Sequence record: OL741057.1
Direction: 5' to 3' (one strand)
Length of the DNA stretch: 64,000 bases
DNA from: Staphylococcus phage vB_Sau_P68
Shown: piece after piece, positions 1-8,786 of the stretch
How the letters are laid out: the number at the start of each line of letters is the position of its first letter
Position numbering within the stretch: the stretch's first letter is position 1
The notes under the pieces: generated by a model
Databases searched by the model: none
What the model was told of the DNA's origin: nothing
Seen by the model: the letters and a program-made list of their open reading frames with translations, nothing else
Program-made: the position numbers and the translations under genes

Positions 1-118
1 TATCGTTACCTTTATCAAACTGTATCGTATAAATATTCCCTTTATCATCTTGAGATTCATGAATGTTCTGTACTGTATCATTTTTAATTAGTTGCTCATA
101 AATATCATTGAACTTCAT
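1..118 (-). CDS. N-terminal part of a hypothetical protein (MKFNDIYEQLIKNDTVQNIHESQDDKGNIY...) whose gene continues beyond the window start
   Basis: The ATG at 118 is preceded by a strong AGGAGGA RBS 7 nt upstream. The frame stays open to position 1. Confidence 0.5.
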   Translation of the reverse strand, partial: MKFNDIYEQLIKNDTVQNIHESQDDKGNIYTIQFDKGND

Positions 119-473
119 TATTATCCTCCTGTGTTTGGTACTGTCTAGCTTTTCTAGCTTGGAATATTGTAAGTATAAATGACCCTACAAGACCAATCAT
201 AACATAAACTAACATATAAATAAAGCTTGTAATAATAACACCAAATCCTGATTGTGCAGAATACAAGGAATCTCTAAAAATAATACTCAGTATAATAACA
301 ATTACTCCTACTAAGTAAGGTACTATCACATGATAGTACTCAAAGTTACTTAGTGGTGGTTGTCCTTGACTTACCATTTTCTTCTCTGTCGTCCATAAAT
401 CAAACAATCTAAAAATTATATTAAATGTAGCAAAAGTAATAAATGCTACACTTATAATAAATATTGTATCCAT
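105..473 (-). CDS. small integral membrane protein (122 aa, three or four hydrophobic helices)
   Basis: The ORF track shows strongly hydrophobic segments (IFIISVAFITFATFNII, VIVPYLVGVIVIILSII, VIITSFIYMLVYVMIGLVGSFILTIF). Confidence 0.55.
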   Translation of the reverse strand: MDTIFIISVAFITFATFNIIFRLFDLWTTEKKMVSQGQPPLSNFEYYHVIVPYLVGVIVIILSIIFRDSLYSAQSGFGVIITSFIYMLVYVMIGLVGSFILTIFQARKARQYQTQEDNNEVQ

Positions 474-486
474 TTGTTAATCATCC

Positions 487-1737
487 TTAATCTAAAAATA
501 CTGTTTTAATATCAATATCTTTATTCTCTTTATTTACAAATAACAGTTGCTGAGATGGTTTAGTTTTTGATAGGTGTAATTCTTTAGCATAGTTATTATA
601 GCCCATTGGTGATGAAGCTACAATATGCATTCTATTAAAGTCTTCTTGTTTTACTGAGAAATGGTGTACATGACCTGTAATTAGTAAATCAATATGGCTA
701 TCTAAGATAAATTTGTTAATATGGTTACCTTTACCTTTTAAGCCGTCTCCATGGTTAATGATAATAGATTTACCTCCGAAGTTATCTCTAATCGTGTAAA
801 TATCTTCACGATTATCAATAATATCTACACCGTTTAATAATCCCTGCTCTTGGAATAGTAGTAAAGAATCTAGTACTACATAAGCAATATTATCATTATA
901 AATCTTCTGATTCTTATTACCTTGCATACGGTCATGATTACCGCCAATAATACCAAACCTTAATTCACCTGTAACTACATCAGAAAGTACATTTAGGATA
1001 TCAATAAGTAATCGAGTACCTTTAGAGATTTGTTCCGCTAAAGTAAACTCTGTTTCAAATGCTTGGTTAACATCTCTCATGTTGATATGTTCTACTAAGT
1101 CACCGACAAAGTAAACAGTTACATTAGAAATCTCTCTATCCTCAATCTCTTTAACTGTCGTATCAATAAAGTGGTTTAGTCTTGATTTAAGAACTTCAAA
1201 ATCATATTTACCATTAGTCATATCAGATACGATACTTCCAATGTGGAAGTCAGATAATAATACAATTAACTCTGTATCATTAATATTAGCTTTACTTCCG
1301 TGATGCTCTACTAATGTTTCTCCTTGTAATTCTTTAACCATATGCTCTTTAAGTTCATCAAACATAATTTGAGGATATGCGGTATGTCTATTGTGCTTAC
1401 GTTGTTCTCTCAGGTGAGATAACTCTTTTTCTTTAGCTACTACATAAGAAGATACTTCTTCATGGTAGTTATTACCTTCGAATACTTGATTGTCTGCAAC
1501 ATCTTTTAAGTCACCTAATGTTACTTTACCTTTAATTGCTTTGTTTTTAAGTTCATTTAGATATTCATCTTGTCTAATATCTTCTACAATTTCCTTAAGG
1601 TCATCTTTACCTATTCTATCTAAACCAAACTCTTTAGTAATTTTATTAAACTTGGATGTTACAATTTTACCCTCATCCTTAAATAATACTCCGATAATAA
1701 CTGCTTGTACTTCTTCTATTGTTTTATATTTACTCAT
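487..1737 (-). CDS. calcineurin-like metallophosphoesterase (416 aa)
   Basis: Phosphoesterase motifs are present: LLSDFHIG, GDLVEH, GGNHD and GHVHH. Confidence 0.6.
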   Translation of the reverse strand: MSKYKTIEEVQAVIIGVLFKDEGKIVTSKFNKITKEFGLDRIGKDDLKEIVEDIRQDEYLNELKNKAIKGKVTLGDLKDVADNQVFEGNNYHEEVSSYVVAKEKELSHLREQRKHNRHTAYPQIMFDELKEHMVKELQGETLVEHHGSKANINDTELIVLLSDFHIGSIVSDMTNGKYDFEVLKSRLNHFIDTTVKEIEDREISNVTVYFVGDLVEHINMRDVNQAFETEFTLAEQISKGTRLLIDILNVLSDVVTGELRFGIIGGNHDRMQGNKNQKIYNDNIAYVVLDSLLLFQEQGLLNGVDIIDNREDIYTIRDNFGGKSIIINHGDGLKGKGNHINKFILDSHIDLLITGHVHHFSVKQEDFNRMHIVASSPMGYNNYAKELHLSKTKPSQQLLFVNKENKDIDIKTVFLD

Positions 1738-2485
1738 AACTGCTCCCTTTCTCTTTTATAAACTTAGTTATTTGATTTCCTAAAATATTAATGTGACTAT
1801 TTACGAATGTATGGAATATGTTAGAGTCACAGTCATGCTCTACATTAAACATGTTAGCTATTGCCTTTGCATCCATACCTTTAACATAAAAAGTCAGTAT
1901 ATCATTATTAGAACGTGTCTGTGAGCCGATAATAACAATACCACTCTCCTTATTTGAAAGTAAACTGTAAGCTAGTGGTAGTTTATAGTCAGGTAAGACT
2001 TCATATAATAAATATACATTACCATTATTATAGCACTTTTCTCTTACTATGTCAACTTCTTTTTTATAAATTCTATTTAAATCTAATACATCTTCAAAAT
2101 CTTGAAAGTTATAGTACTTAGTTAAATCTTTTGAATCTCTTACTATAGATTCAGGTATGTCTTCATTACTTAATTCTACAATTTGTTGTAATAGTGAATA
2201 ATACTTTTTATCTTCCTCTACAGTAATAAATTGATTTGGTAATACCCCAACATCTGATACATATAGGATATCGTTATCTTCAATGTTCATCAGAATACTA
2301 GGGTCTTGAGTTACAGCATCTTTAAATATTTTATCATCATATATAAACCCTGCTAGTACAGTCGGTTCATCTTCTATATGCAGTAATCCTTCTCTAAAAG
2401 TATCTACTTGTATAATATTAAAAAATTCTTCGGTACCACTAATAGTATTTGATTGGACGTGGTTAACATTTACTATAACTTGCAT
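1730..2485 (-). CDS. hypothetical protein (251 aa)
   Basis: Long minus-strand ORF tightly packed with its neighbours. No recognisable motif. Confidence 0.5.
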   Translation of the reverse strand: MQVIVNVNHVQSNTISGTEEFFNIIQVDTFREGLLHIEDEPTVLAGFIYDDKIFKDAVTQDPSILMNIEDNDILYVSDVGVLPNQFITVEEDKKYYSLLQQIVELSNEDIPESIVRDSKDLTKYYNFQDFEDVLDLNRIYKKEVDIVREKCYNNGNVYLLYEVLPDYKLPLAYSLLSNKESGIVIIGSQTRSNNDILTFYVKGMDAKAIANMFNVEHDCDSNIFHTFVNSHINILGNQITKFIKEKGSSYE

Positions 2486-2488
2486 AGC

Positions 2489-2749
2489 TTAGTCACCTAC
2501 TCTTTCGTATAAGTAACCTTTAACGTCTCTTTCATCATCTTTAGAAGCATTTTCTTGTCCGTATTCTTTAACTCTGTAACCATAGATGTGTAGGTAATCT
2601 TGAATAACATTCATCATACCTTGAACATTTAGATTCTGAACAGAAACCGAATCAAACTTTACTACAATGTATTGCTCTTTGCTTTCCATTAATTTTTTTA
2701 CTTTTGTGTAATCATATGGATTTCTAAATAATATTGTTGGAATATCCAT
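2489..2749 (-). CDS. hypothetical protein (86 aa)
   Basis: The ORF is preceded by an AAGGAGGG RBS and a TTGACA-17 promoter. Confidence 0.5.
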   Translation of the reverse strand: MDIPTILFRNPYDYTKVKKLMESKEQYIVVKFDSVSVQNLNVQGMMNVIQDYLHIYGYRVKEYGQENASKDDERDVKGYLYERVGD

Positions 2750-2779
2750 TACTTTCCCTCCTTTTCTTAATTCTTATAT

Positions 2780-2808
2780 AGTGTAACACAGGATAAGTAT
2801 ATTGTCAA
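2780..2808 (-). promoter_or_regulatory. sigma-A-like promoter: TTGACA (2803-2808), 17-nt spacer, TACACT/extended -10
   Basis: Read directly on the minus strand. It sits between a terminator and the RBS of the 86-aa gene. Confidence 0.45.
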
Positions 2809-2811
2809 TAA

Positions 2812-2842
2812 AAAAAGACCAACTTTTTAGTTGGTCTCAATA
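2812..2842 (-). terminator. rho-independent terminator (GAGACCAACU-AAAAA-GUUGGUCU followed by U7)
   Basis: Perfect 9-bp inverted repeat agaccaact/agttggtct followed by a T-run on the minus strand, directly after the stop of the 75-aa ORF. Confidence 0.7.
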
Positions 2843-2843
2843 A

Positions 2844-3071
2844 TTACGCTTCAGGCTCAGGTTCAGGTTCAGGTGTAGTTGTTGTGAATTCAGGAACATC
2901 TGCTTGGTCTGACTCACCTGAGTCATTAGCAAATGCAACTTTAAAAGTTCCCGCAGGGTAATTTGTCCCTGCTTCTAAACCTGTAATAGTTACTGTTGTA
3001 GCTCCATCTTCATTAGCTACTTGTGAGCCTACAACTTCACCATTCTGATATACTTTTAATGTTTTTTCCAT
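2844..3071 (-). CDS. FN3/Ig-like domain protein, truncated paralog (75 aa) ending in a PEPEPEPEA linker
   Basis: Roughly 50% identical to the N-terminus of the neighbouring 174-aa protein (TITGLEAGTNYPAGTFKVAFANDSGES vs TIEGLEANTDYPAGTYQVSFSNTSGES). Confidence 0.55.
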   Translation of the reverse strand: MEKTLKVYQNGEVVGSQVANEDGATTVTITGLEAGTNYPAGTFKVAFANDSGESDQADVPEFTTTTPEPEPEPEA

Positions 3072-3085
3072 TCTTTAGTGTCCTC

Positions 3086-3610
3086 CTATGCAGTAATATC
3101 TGCGCTATTTTCACCAGGGTCTACTGTTACATCTGTAGGTGCTTCAGGAATAGGTTCCTTAACTGTTACAGCACATTTAGCTGTTTTACTTCCGTCCGCT
3201 ATTGATTCAACAGTAATGTCAGCAGTACCTGTTGCGACAGCAGTCACTAATCCATCGTTATCAACCGTTGCGATAGCATCGTCACTGCTTGTGAAACGTA
3301 CAGCTTTATACGATGCGTTACTTGGTGCTACTGTAGCTTTTAATTGGTGAGTATCCCCAATTGTTAAGTCTAAACTTTCAACGTCTAGTGTTACCGAAGC
3401 AACACCAATAGCATCAGTCTTGAACTGAGGTACATCTACCTTTTCTGATTCTCCTGATGTGTTAGAAAAAGAGACCTGGTATGTTCCTGCAGGGTAGTCT
3501 GTATTAGCCTCTAATCCTTCAATAGTAATAGTTGATTTTCCTTCTGTTTTTTCTACGCTGTCTACTAACTCATTACCTTTGTATAAATTTAACTTAGCCA
3601 AATTTACCAT
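3086..3610 (-). CDS. virion Ig-like protein: N-terminal FN3-like domain plus C-terminal Big_2 (bacterial Ig-like group 2) domain (174 aa)
   Basis: Big_2-like segment VASVTLDVESLDLTIGDTHQLKATVAPSNASYKAVRFTSSDDAIATVDNDGLVTAVATGTADITVES. An AAGGATGG RBS makes TTG at codon 4 a better start than the annotated ATG. Confidence 0.6.
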   Translation of the reverse strand: MVNLAKLNLYKGNELVDSVEKTEGKSTITIEGLEANTDYPAGTYQVSFSNTSGESEKVDVPQFKTDAIGVASVTLDVESLDLTIGDTHQLKATVAPSNASYKAVRFTSSDDAIATVDNDGLVTAVATGTADITVESIADGSKTAKCAVTVKEPIPEAPTDVTVDPGENSADITA

Positions 3611-3621
3611 CCTTTACTATA

Positions 3622-4269
3622 TTATTCTGCTGTTACGTCTGCGCCATCTTCTGTAGGTGTAACTTTTACATTCTCAGGTGCTGAAGGCTCTGAAGTATCT
3701 CCTTGACCTTCTCCTGAATCTACACCCTTAACATCTTTACGGGCAGGACTTGCAGGGAAATCCGCAATTACATCTTCATGTGCGTGTTTCATACTATCTT
3801 TAACTTCATCTGCATCATTTTCTGTAGGGTCTACAATAGATAATACATCTTCTTTGTTATTTGCAACAAATACGTTATAAACACCAAATTTGAAACGGTC
3901 TTCAACGAAAGCTAAGAAAGCTTGAACTAGTTGTTTACCTTTGTCTAATCCTTTGATATCCTCAGTACGGATAAATGAGTGATTGTAAGGGTCTACAACT
4001 GTGTTTACTACAAAATGAATATTATCTCCATCTGTGTATGCAATCGGTGATTTCTTCATGATATTTAGTACACCTTTACCGTCTGTTTGAACAGGGTATA
4101 GGAATAACTCTTCTCCCTCTGAAACTACTTTGTACGCATATTGTCCTTCATGTGTACGAGTATAACCGTCACGGTTAACTTTAACTTGTAAATATTTATC
4201 TGCTACTGTAACAGAGTCTTGCTGTAATACATCATTAACATTCTTTTTAGCCATAAGCTTAATCTCCAA
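3622..4269 (-). CDS. structural (major tail-like) protein, 215 aa, with an acidic C-terminal tail
   Basis: ORF positioned upstream of the Ig-like paralogs. Its C-terminal tail (PENVKVTPTEDGADVTAE) resembles the tail of the next ORF. Confidence 0.4.
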   Translation of the reverse strand: MEIKLMAKKNVNDVLQQDSVTVADKYLQVKVNRDGYTRTHEGQYAYKVVSEGEELFLYPVQTDGKGVLNIMKKSPIAYTDGDNIHFVVNTVVDPYNHSFIRTEDIKGLDKGKQLVQAFLAFVEDRFKFGVYNVFVANNKEDVLSIVDPTENDADEVKDSMKHAHEDVIADFPASPARKDVKGVDSGEGQGDTSEPSAPENVKVTPTEDGADVTAE

Positions 4270-4380
4270 TCTTTATTTTAGTAATCTATTTTAAAGCATT
4301 CTATAAGACATAGAAAAAGCCTTCCCTATGCTTTATTATTGAATTCTCGATAATAATATAACACAAGGAAGGCACCGTAA

Positions 4381-5043
4381 CTAGTTTTCCCAAATATGAT
4401 TTTCAGTATTTACTCTATGGTTATTTAATTCTTTTTTTGCATAGTACTCATGGTATGCATTTATTTTAAATCTAACATAATCTCTTAATTCTGTCAATTC
4501 ACTTGATACTTCTTTTCTCTTCATATCAAACTTCTCCGCTACTTGAGAAACGATAAAAGCATCATCTTCTCTTTCAGGGTTAATAAGTAATTCTTTAAGT
4601 AGTTCACTTTGAACTTCTGTAAACTCTATATCATCAAATACATAACTCATAATTTGATTATCCTCAAAGTCCTCATTTAAATCCTCAGTCAAGGACTCTA
4701 CTGTATAATCTTTTTTACCTATAATTTCAGTACGTTTGTACTTTTCATTCTTCTTAACATAGCTATTCTGAACTCTTAGAGTTAGTTTAGCTTTAATGTA
4801 TCCAGGGAAATCTACTTTACTTCTAATATTATATTCTTTAACTAGCTTAATAAATTGTTCATCAATGTATTCTCTTAATTCTTGTCTTTCAAAGTCATTA
4901 GATAAAATACCTGCATATCTATGGTACAACGCCCATCTAAGGTTTTTATACCTATTAAGTAAGCTATCTAAGTCTCTTTCAAAATCAACAGGAATACCGT
5001 CTATATCTATTACGTATCTATTACCATTGTTAGCTTTCTTCAT
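4381..5043 (-). CDS. putative phage RNA polymerase sigma-like factor (220 aa)
   Basis: Size and position match the sigma-factor gene next to the RecA-like gene in Kayvirus-like genomes. The helical, basic C-terminus is compatible with a region-4 HTH. The identity rests on an inferred homology. Confidence 0.4.
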   Translation of the reverse strand: MKKANNGNRYVIDIDGIPVDFERDLDSLLNRYKNLRWALYHRYAGILSNDFERQELREYIDEQFIKLVKEYNIRSKVDFPGYIKAKLTLRVQNSYVKKNEKYKRTEIIGKKDYTVESLTEDLNEDFEDNQIMSYVFDDIEFTEVQSELLKELLINPEREDDAFIVSQVAEKFDMKRKEVSSELTELRDYVRFKINAYHEYYAKKELNNHRVNTENHIWEN

Positions 5044-5383
5044 AAGGATTAGCCCCCTCGAAGATTATTCTTACTTTATGTGATTTATCTTTAACATATA
5101 TATCAGAGAAATGGATAGTTTTAGGTACTTTAACCTCTTCACCTTCATGTCTAATTAGGGAGTATCCTCCCGCCCATCTATCTGTTACATGTTCTATATA
5201 CATCACTGTAGAATCTGTATAAGGGAATCCACCTTCTTCAATGATAATTGATTCACCTTTTTCTTTTACTTCTTCAAATTTCTTTGCTATGTCTTTATAA
5301 GGTAAAGGAAGAACATCTGAGGAATTTGCATTCCCCAAAGATTCTTTTACCTGACTCATGTTTTTATCTATTAAATTATCCAT
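5030..5383 (-). CDS. hypothetical protein (117 aa)
   Basis: ORF track. Confidence 0.45.
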   Translation of the reverse strand: MDNLIDKNMSQVKESLGNANSSDVLPLPYKDIAKKFEEVKEKGESIIIEEGGFPYTDSTVMYIEHVTDRWAGGYSLIRHEGEEVKVPKTIHFSDIYVKDKSHKVRIIFEGANPYEES

Positions 5384-5386
5384 TTA

Positions 5387-6643
5387 TTATTCAGAATCCT
5401 TTTCTTGAGATTCTCCTTTTGGTTCTTCCTCTTGTTCTTCTTGTTTATTATCTGTAGCCCATTCTTCATAATACTTCTCTAATGCTTGATACTCTTCTAG
5501 TTGAGTTACAATTACTTTGTTATTAAGTAATGGTGAGTATCCATTAGGGAAATGTTCTCCGTATACTCTACTGAATAACTCTAAATATAGCTCTCTATTA
5601 TCTTTTAATACAGGTACCCATTCAGCATCTCTAAGTTTAATTTCCTCACCATTCAATGTAACATAGTTTCTCCATGCACCTTTAGTAATTAAACCTCTCT
5701 CAACTGCTTCTTTGTATACAGTATGTTCTAAGTCAATACCGTTTAATAAGATAGGGTCATCATCTTTACCTACCATATAATCAGATAGTAAGTCTGCTTC
5801 TGCTTTTTGCCCCGGTCTAGATAATTTAGATTTCTTAGTTTCAATACGCATAATATGACCATGATATTCATCTTTACCAGTCAATTCACTCTTCTGTTTT
5901 AGTTGAGATGCTTTATGAACTTTAATACGTAAACTAGCACTATGTTCAAATGCTCTACCGCCTGTAGACTTAATAGGGTCACCGTACATACCTGCATTCA
6001 TATCGTCACGAGCTTGGTTAATAACAATTAAACCTGTATTTGTATCATTTAACTTAGGTGTTACTGCATTAATTACTTTTTGAGTAGCTGATGCTTTAAG
6101 ACCCATTTGTTTCTCATCAATACCGCCATCAATCTCTTTCTGAGTTCTTGTAGCTCCTAGTGAGTCCCAAATAAAAACAATAGGTACTCCAGGTATCTTT
6201 TCATTAAAGGTGTCAATCCAGTACTCTAATTCCTTACCTACAGCTTCTACAGATAGCTCTACTGTATTTTTAAGTCTACCCTCTCCTGATTGAATAGAGA
6301 ATAGTTTTGAAACATCTACTCCAAGTTGTTCCATACGATTATTATCTGCTGTTCCTTCAATATCAATCCAAATAGTAATAACACCTAATTGTGTTGCAAT
6401 TCTAGATAAATGAACCGCAAATGTTGATTTACCACTACCAGTTAAACCATATACCTCAGTTAATCTACCTAATGGAATACCTCCACCTAAAATATAGTCA
6501 TACTGAGGAACCATTGTTGGTATAACATTCTTAATATCTGCTCTGTTTGTATCTGATAATAATGTTAATCCTAATTCTTTACCTAAATCAATTGTATTTA
6601 AATCTGTTAAATCTACTTCTTTACCTTTTTTTGCTCTTGCCAT
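5387..6643 (-). CDS. RecA/UvsX-like recombinase (418 aa)
   Basis: Walker A motif GLTGSGKST and a RecA-like core. It is preceded by an AGGAGG RBS. Confidence 0.7.
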   Translation of the reverse strand: MARAKKGKEVDLTDLNTIDLGKELGLTLLSDTNRADIKNVIPTMVPQYDYILGGGIPLGRLTEVYGLTGSGKSTFAVHLSRIATQLGVITIWIDIEGTADNNRMEQLGVDVSKLFSIQSGEGRLKNTVELSVEAVGKELEYWIDTFNEKIPGVPIVFIWDSLGATRTQKEIDGGIDEKQMGLKASATQKVINAVTPKLNDTNTGLIVINQARDDMNAGMYGDPIKSTGGRAFEHSASLRIKVHKASQLKQKSELTGKDEYHGHIMRIETKKSKLSRPGQKAEADLLSDYMVGKDDDPILLNGIDLEHTVYKEAVERGLITKGAWRNYVTLNGEEIKLRDAEWVPVLKDNRELYLELFSRVYGEHFPNGYSPLLNNKVIVTQLEEYQALEKYYEEWATDNKQEEQEEEPKGESQEKDSE

Positions 6644-6671
6644 TTAATATCCTCCTAGTAATTATATCTTA

Positions 6672-6700
6672 AATAAAAGAGTGCTCTAAGGCACTCTATA
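6672..6700 (-). terminator. rho-independent terminator (AGAGUGCC-UUAG-AGCACUCU followed by U-rich tract)
   Basis: Inverted repeat agagtgc/gcactct immediately downstream of the 395-aa gene stop. Confidence 0.6.
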
Positions 6701-6702
6701 TC

Positions 6703-7890
6703 TTATAGGTTATCTAAGTCTAGACCACCTAATACATCGTCAATACTTTGTGTTTGTTTTTGTTTTGGAGGCTCCTGAGTAGTTTGTTGTTGCTGTTGTT
6801 GTTGTGGTTGTTCAGGTGCTTGTTGTGTGTTTTGAGATTGAGTGTCAAAAGGTACTTGTACATCATCAACACTGCTTACATCAAAGTCACTGAAAGGATT
6901 TGAGTCAGGTTGTGATTGCTGTTGTGCTAAGTTGTTCCAATCAACTGAGCCTGTATTAGTAGGTTGTTGCCCTGCTTGACCTTGTTGCGGTTGGCTAGGT
7001 TGACCACCAATATTACTTGGCATCTGACTATCAATATCTTGTTGAGTTGGAGCTTGCTTAGGTTCTGAAGGTTCTTCACCTAAGACATTTGTTTCACGGT
7101 TAAACTTAAAGTTATCATGACTTAATTCTGTGTTATTAACATTATTGATTAAGAAGTTAACAAAGTTAGGGTTTTGTTCTTCTGTAGGTTGTGCTAATTT
7201 CTCTAAGTCAGATAATTGTTGTTCCCAACCTTGAGGTAATGCACCAAGAGGAGCGTTAGGGTAAACACTAACTTTCCATGACATTTCACCTTTTTTAGCT
7301 TTAGCAATATTAACTAAGAATGCTTCATTTGCTGAAATAAAGCTATGAGGTGCGTTAGGTGATGGTTTTAACATAGTATCTTTAAGGTTTGCTAATAACT
7401 CTTTATAACCTGTGTTAGATAATTCCATCGGTTGAATAACGATATTACCTTGTGAGTCTGTCTTAGGTTGAATTTGTCCGTTATTATTAAAGTATTCAAT
7501 AACATGAATGTAATAACGTACTGCAGGTTTATTAGGGAATCTACTGAATTGAACACCATTTGCTATCCAGTTATCAATGTAAGGGTCAAGTACCGATGAA
7601 CCTTGTTCTGCAGGTAATGTTAACCCTGTGAACCCTTGAGAACCATCTTTCTTAGAGTAGTTAATTCCTGATGTTCTAAATTCTTTAAAGAAAACATTTG
7701 TTCCTTGTGCAGGTGGTAATACTCGTACAAAAGCATTTTCTTTAGTAACTTTATTTCCGTTTGCATCTTTAATATTACCTAATCGTAATACAGGGTTTTT
7801 AGGTTTATAGCTCTCTACATTGTTGTTAAAAGAACTGTTACTACTTTCTAATTTGCTTGCCTCATTGTTAATAAATTGATTGAAATCCAT
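6703..7890 (-). CDS. putative ssDNA-binding protein-like: Q/P-rich linker and acidic C-terminal tail (...DDVLGGLDLDNL), 395 aa
   Basis: The domain architecture (globular N-terminus, low-complexity Q-rich linker, acidic tip) resembles SSBs. It is adjacent to the recombinase gene. Confidence 0.3.
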   Translation of the reverse strand: MDFNQFINNEASKLESSNSSFNNNVESYKPKNPVLRLGNIKDANGNKVTKENAFVRVLPPAQGTNVFFKEFRTSGINYSKKDGSQGFTGLTLPAEQGSSVLDPYIDNWIANGVQFSRFPNKPAVRYYIHVIEYFNNNGQIQPKTDSQGNIVIQPMELSNTGYKELLANLKDTMLKPSPNAPHSFISANEAFLVNIAKAKKGEMSWKVSVYPNAPLGALPQGWEQQLSDLEKLAQPTEEQNPNFVNFLINNVNNTELSHDNFKFNRETNVLGEEPSEPKQAPTQQDIDSQMPSNIGGQPSQPQQGQAGQQPTNTGSVDWNNLAQQQSQPDSNPFSDFDVSSVDDVQVPFDTQSQNTQQAPEQPQQQQQQQTTQEPPKQKQTQSIDDVLGGLDLDNL

Positions 7891-7926
7891 AATTATCTTT
7901 TCTCCTTTTAATTAATTTACTTATTT

Positions 7927-7955
7927 ATTATAACATAGTTTTTTGTATTTGTCAA
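7927..7955 (-). promoter_or_regulatory. sigma-A-like promoter TTGACA-17-TATAAT
   Basis: rc of tgtcaa at 7950-7955 and attata at 7927-7932. The spacer is exactly 17 nt. It lies upstream of the 395-aa gene RBS. Confidence 0.6.
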
Positions 7956-7975
7956 TTATATTTTTTAATTTATTT

Positions 7976-8458
7976 TTAATGTGAAAACGGGTTAGTAATT
8001 CCGCCGTTTTTATTTGTTTGTCTTAATTCTGCACCTAATTGTATCATCATGTCTCTTCTTGTTTCAAAAGCTTTTACAACATATTGAAGTTGCTTAACTT
8101 TATAATTCCAAGCCTCAACAACTTTAAGCTGTTGTTGGTAAGAGTCATGAATGTATACACTAGACTCAATCATATCTTTTGTTGGTTTCTTTCCTTGTTG
8201 TTCATACTCTTGTCTAATTGTAAGGTTTAGCTTACTACCAATTGTTTCAAGGTTTCTTTGTTCCATTTCAGAATATGCTCTAACCTTCTCTAATATAGAA
8301 GCCCAAAAAGCATACTTAGCTGATTGTTGCATAAAGTCCTCTTGTATTGTATACTCTGTAATCTTTAATTCATCCGTGATATCAAACTCTTGTGAGTTCC
8401 CGTTTCTATCTTTAATAGTAAAATTTGTAAAATCTAGGGAATCAATGTGTATTTCCAT
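7976..8458 (-). CDS. hypothetical protein (160 aa)
   Basis: ORF track. Confidence 0.45.
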   Translation of the reverse strand: MEIHIDSLDFTNFTIKDRNGNSQEFDITDELKITEYTIQEDFMQQSAKYAFWASILEKVRAYSEMEQRNLETIGSKLNLTIRQEYEQQGKKPTKDMIESSVYIHDSYQQQLKVVEAWNYKVKQLQYVVKAFETRRDMMIQLGAELRQTNKNGGITNPFSH

Positions 8459-8474
8459 TTACCAGTTCCTCCTT

Positions 8475-8717
8475 TTAAATATTAACTGAAATACTGTTTA
8501 AAGGTAAAGCTAAAGGATATTCCTCTTCAATACTTTCTAATTCTTTTGCTACTTCTCCAGTAGATGACTCTGTTGGTAAAACCATAGAGCCATGTTTATT
8601 TTCTTCCTTATTATAGAATGTAATAACAATATTCATTTCACCTAATTCATCCTGGTACATACTTGTTATAATCCATTCATCTAAGGAACGATTAAATCTA
8701 ATTTCTCCTGTATTCAT
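8475..8717 (-). CDS. hypothetical protein (80 aa)
   Basis: Preceded by an AAGGAGGAAAAAAC RBS and a TTGACA-17-TATACT promoter. Confidence 0.5.
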   Translation of the reverse strand: MNTGEIRFNRSLDEWIITSMYQDELGEMNIVITFYNKEENKHGSMVLPTESSTGEVAKELESIEEEYPLALPLNSISVNI

Positions 8718-8749
8718 TGTTTTTTCCTCCTTATCTTTACTACTTAATT

Positions 8750-8778
8750 AGTATAACATAAGTTAAACATTTTGTCAA
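8750..8778 (-). promoter_or_regulatory. sigma-A-like promoter TTGACA-17-TATACT
   Basis: tgtcaa at 8773-8778 and agtata at 8750-8755 with a 17-nt spacer. Confidence 0.55.
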
Positions 8779-8786
8779 TACTTTTT

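Noticed and set aside
3610-3625. Programmed -1 frameshift or stop-codon readthrough joining the 215-aa ORF to the 174-aa Ig-like ORF
   Set aside because: The -1 frame has a TAA at 3614-3616 between the two ORFs. Reading through the TAA at 3622-3624 hits another stop after 5 codons. A simple recoding fusion is therefore not supported.
4270-4380. Classical terminator after the sigma-like gene
   Set aside because: A GCCUUCC/GGAAGGC stem followed by U5 exists, but the loop is about 36 nt, so terminator function is uncertain and it is not listed as a feature.
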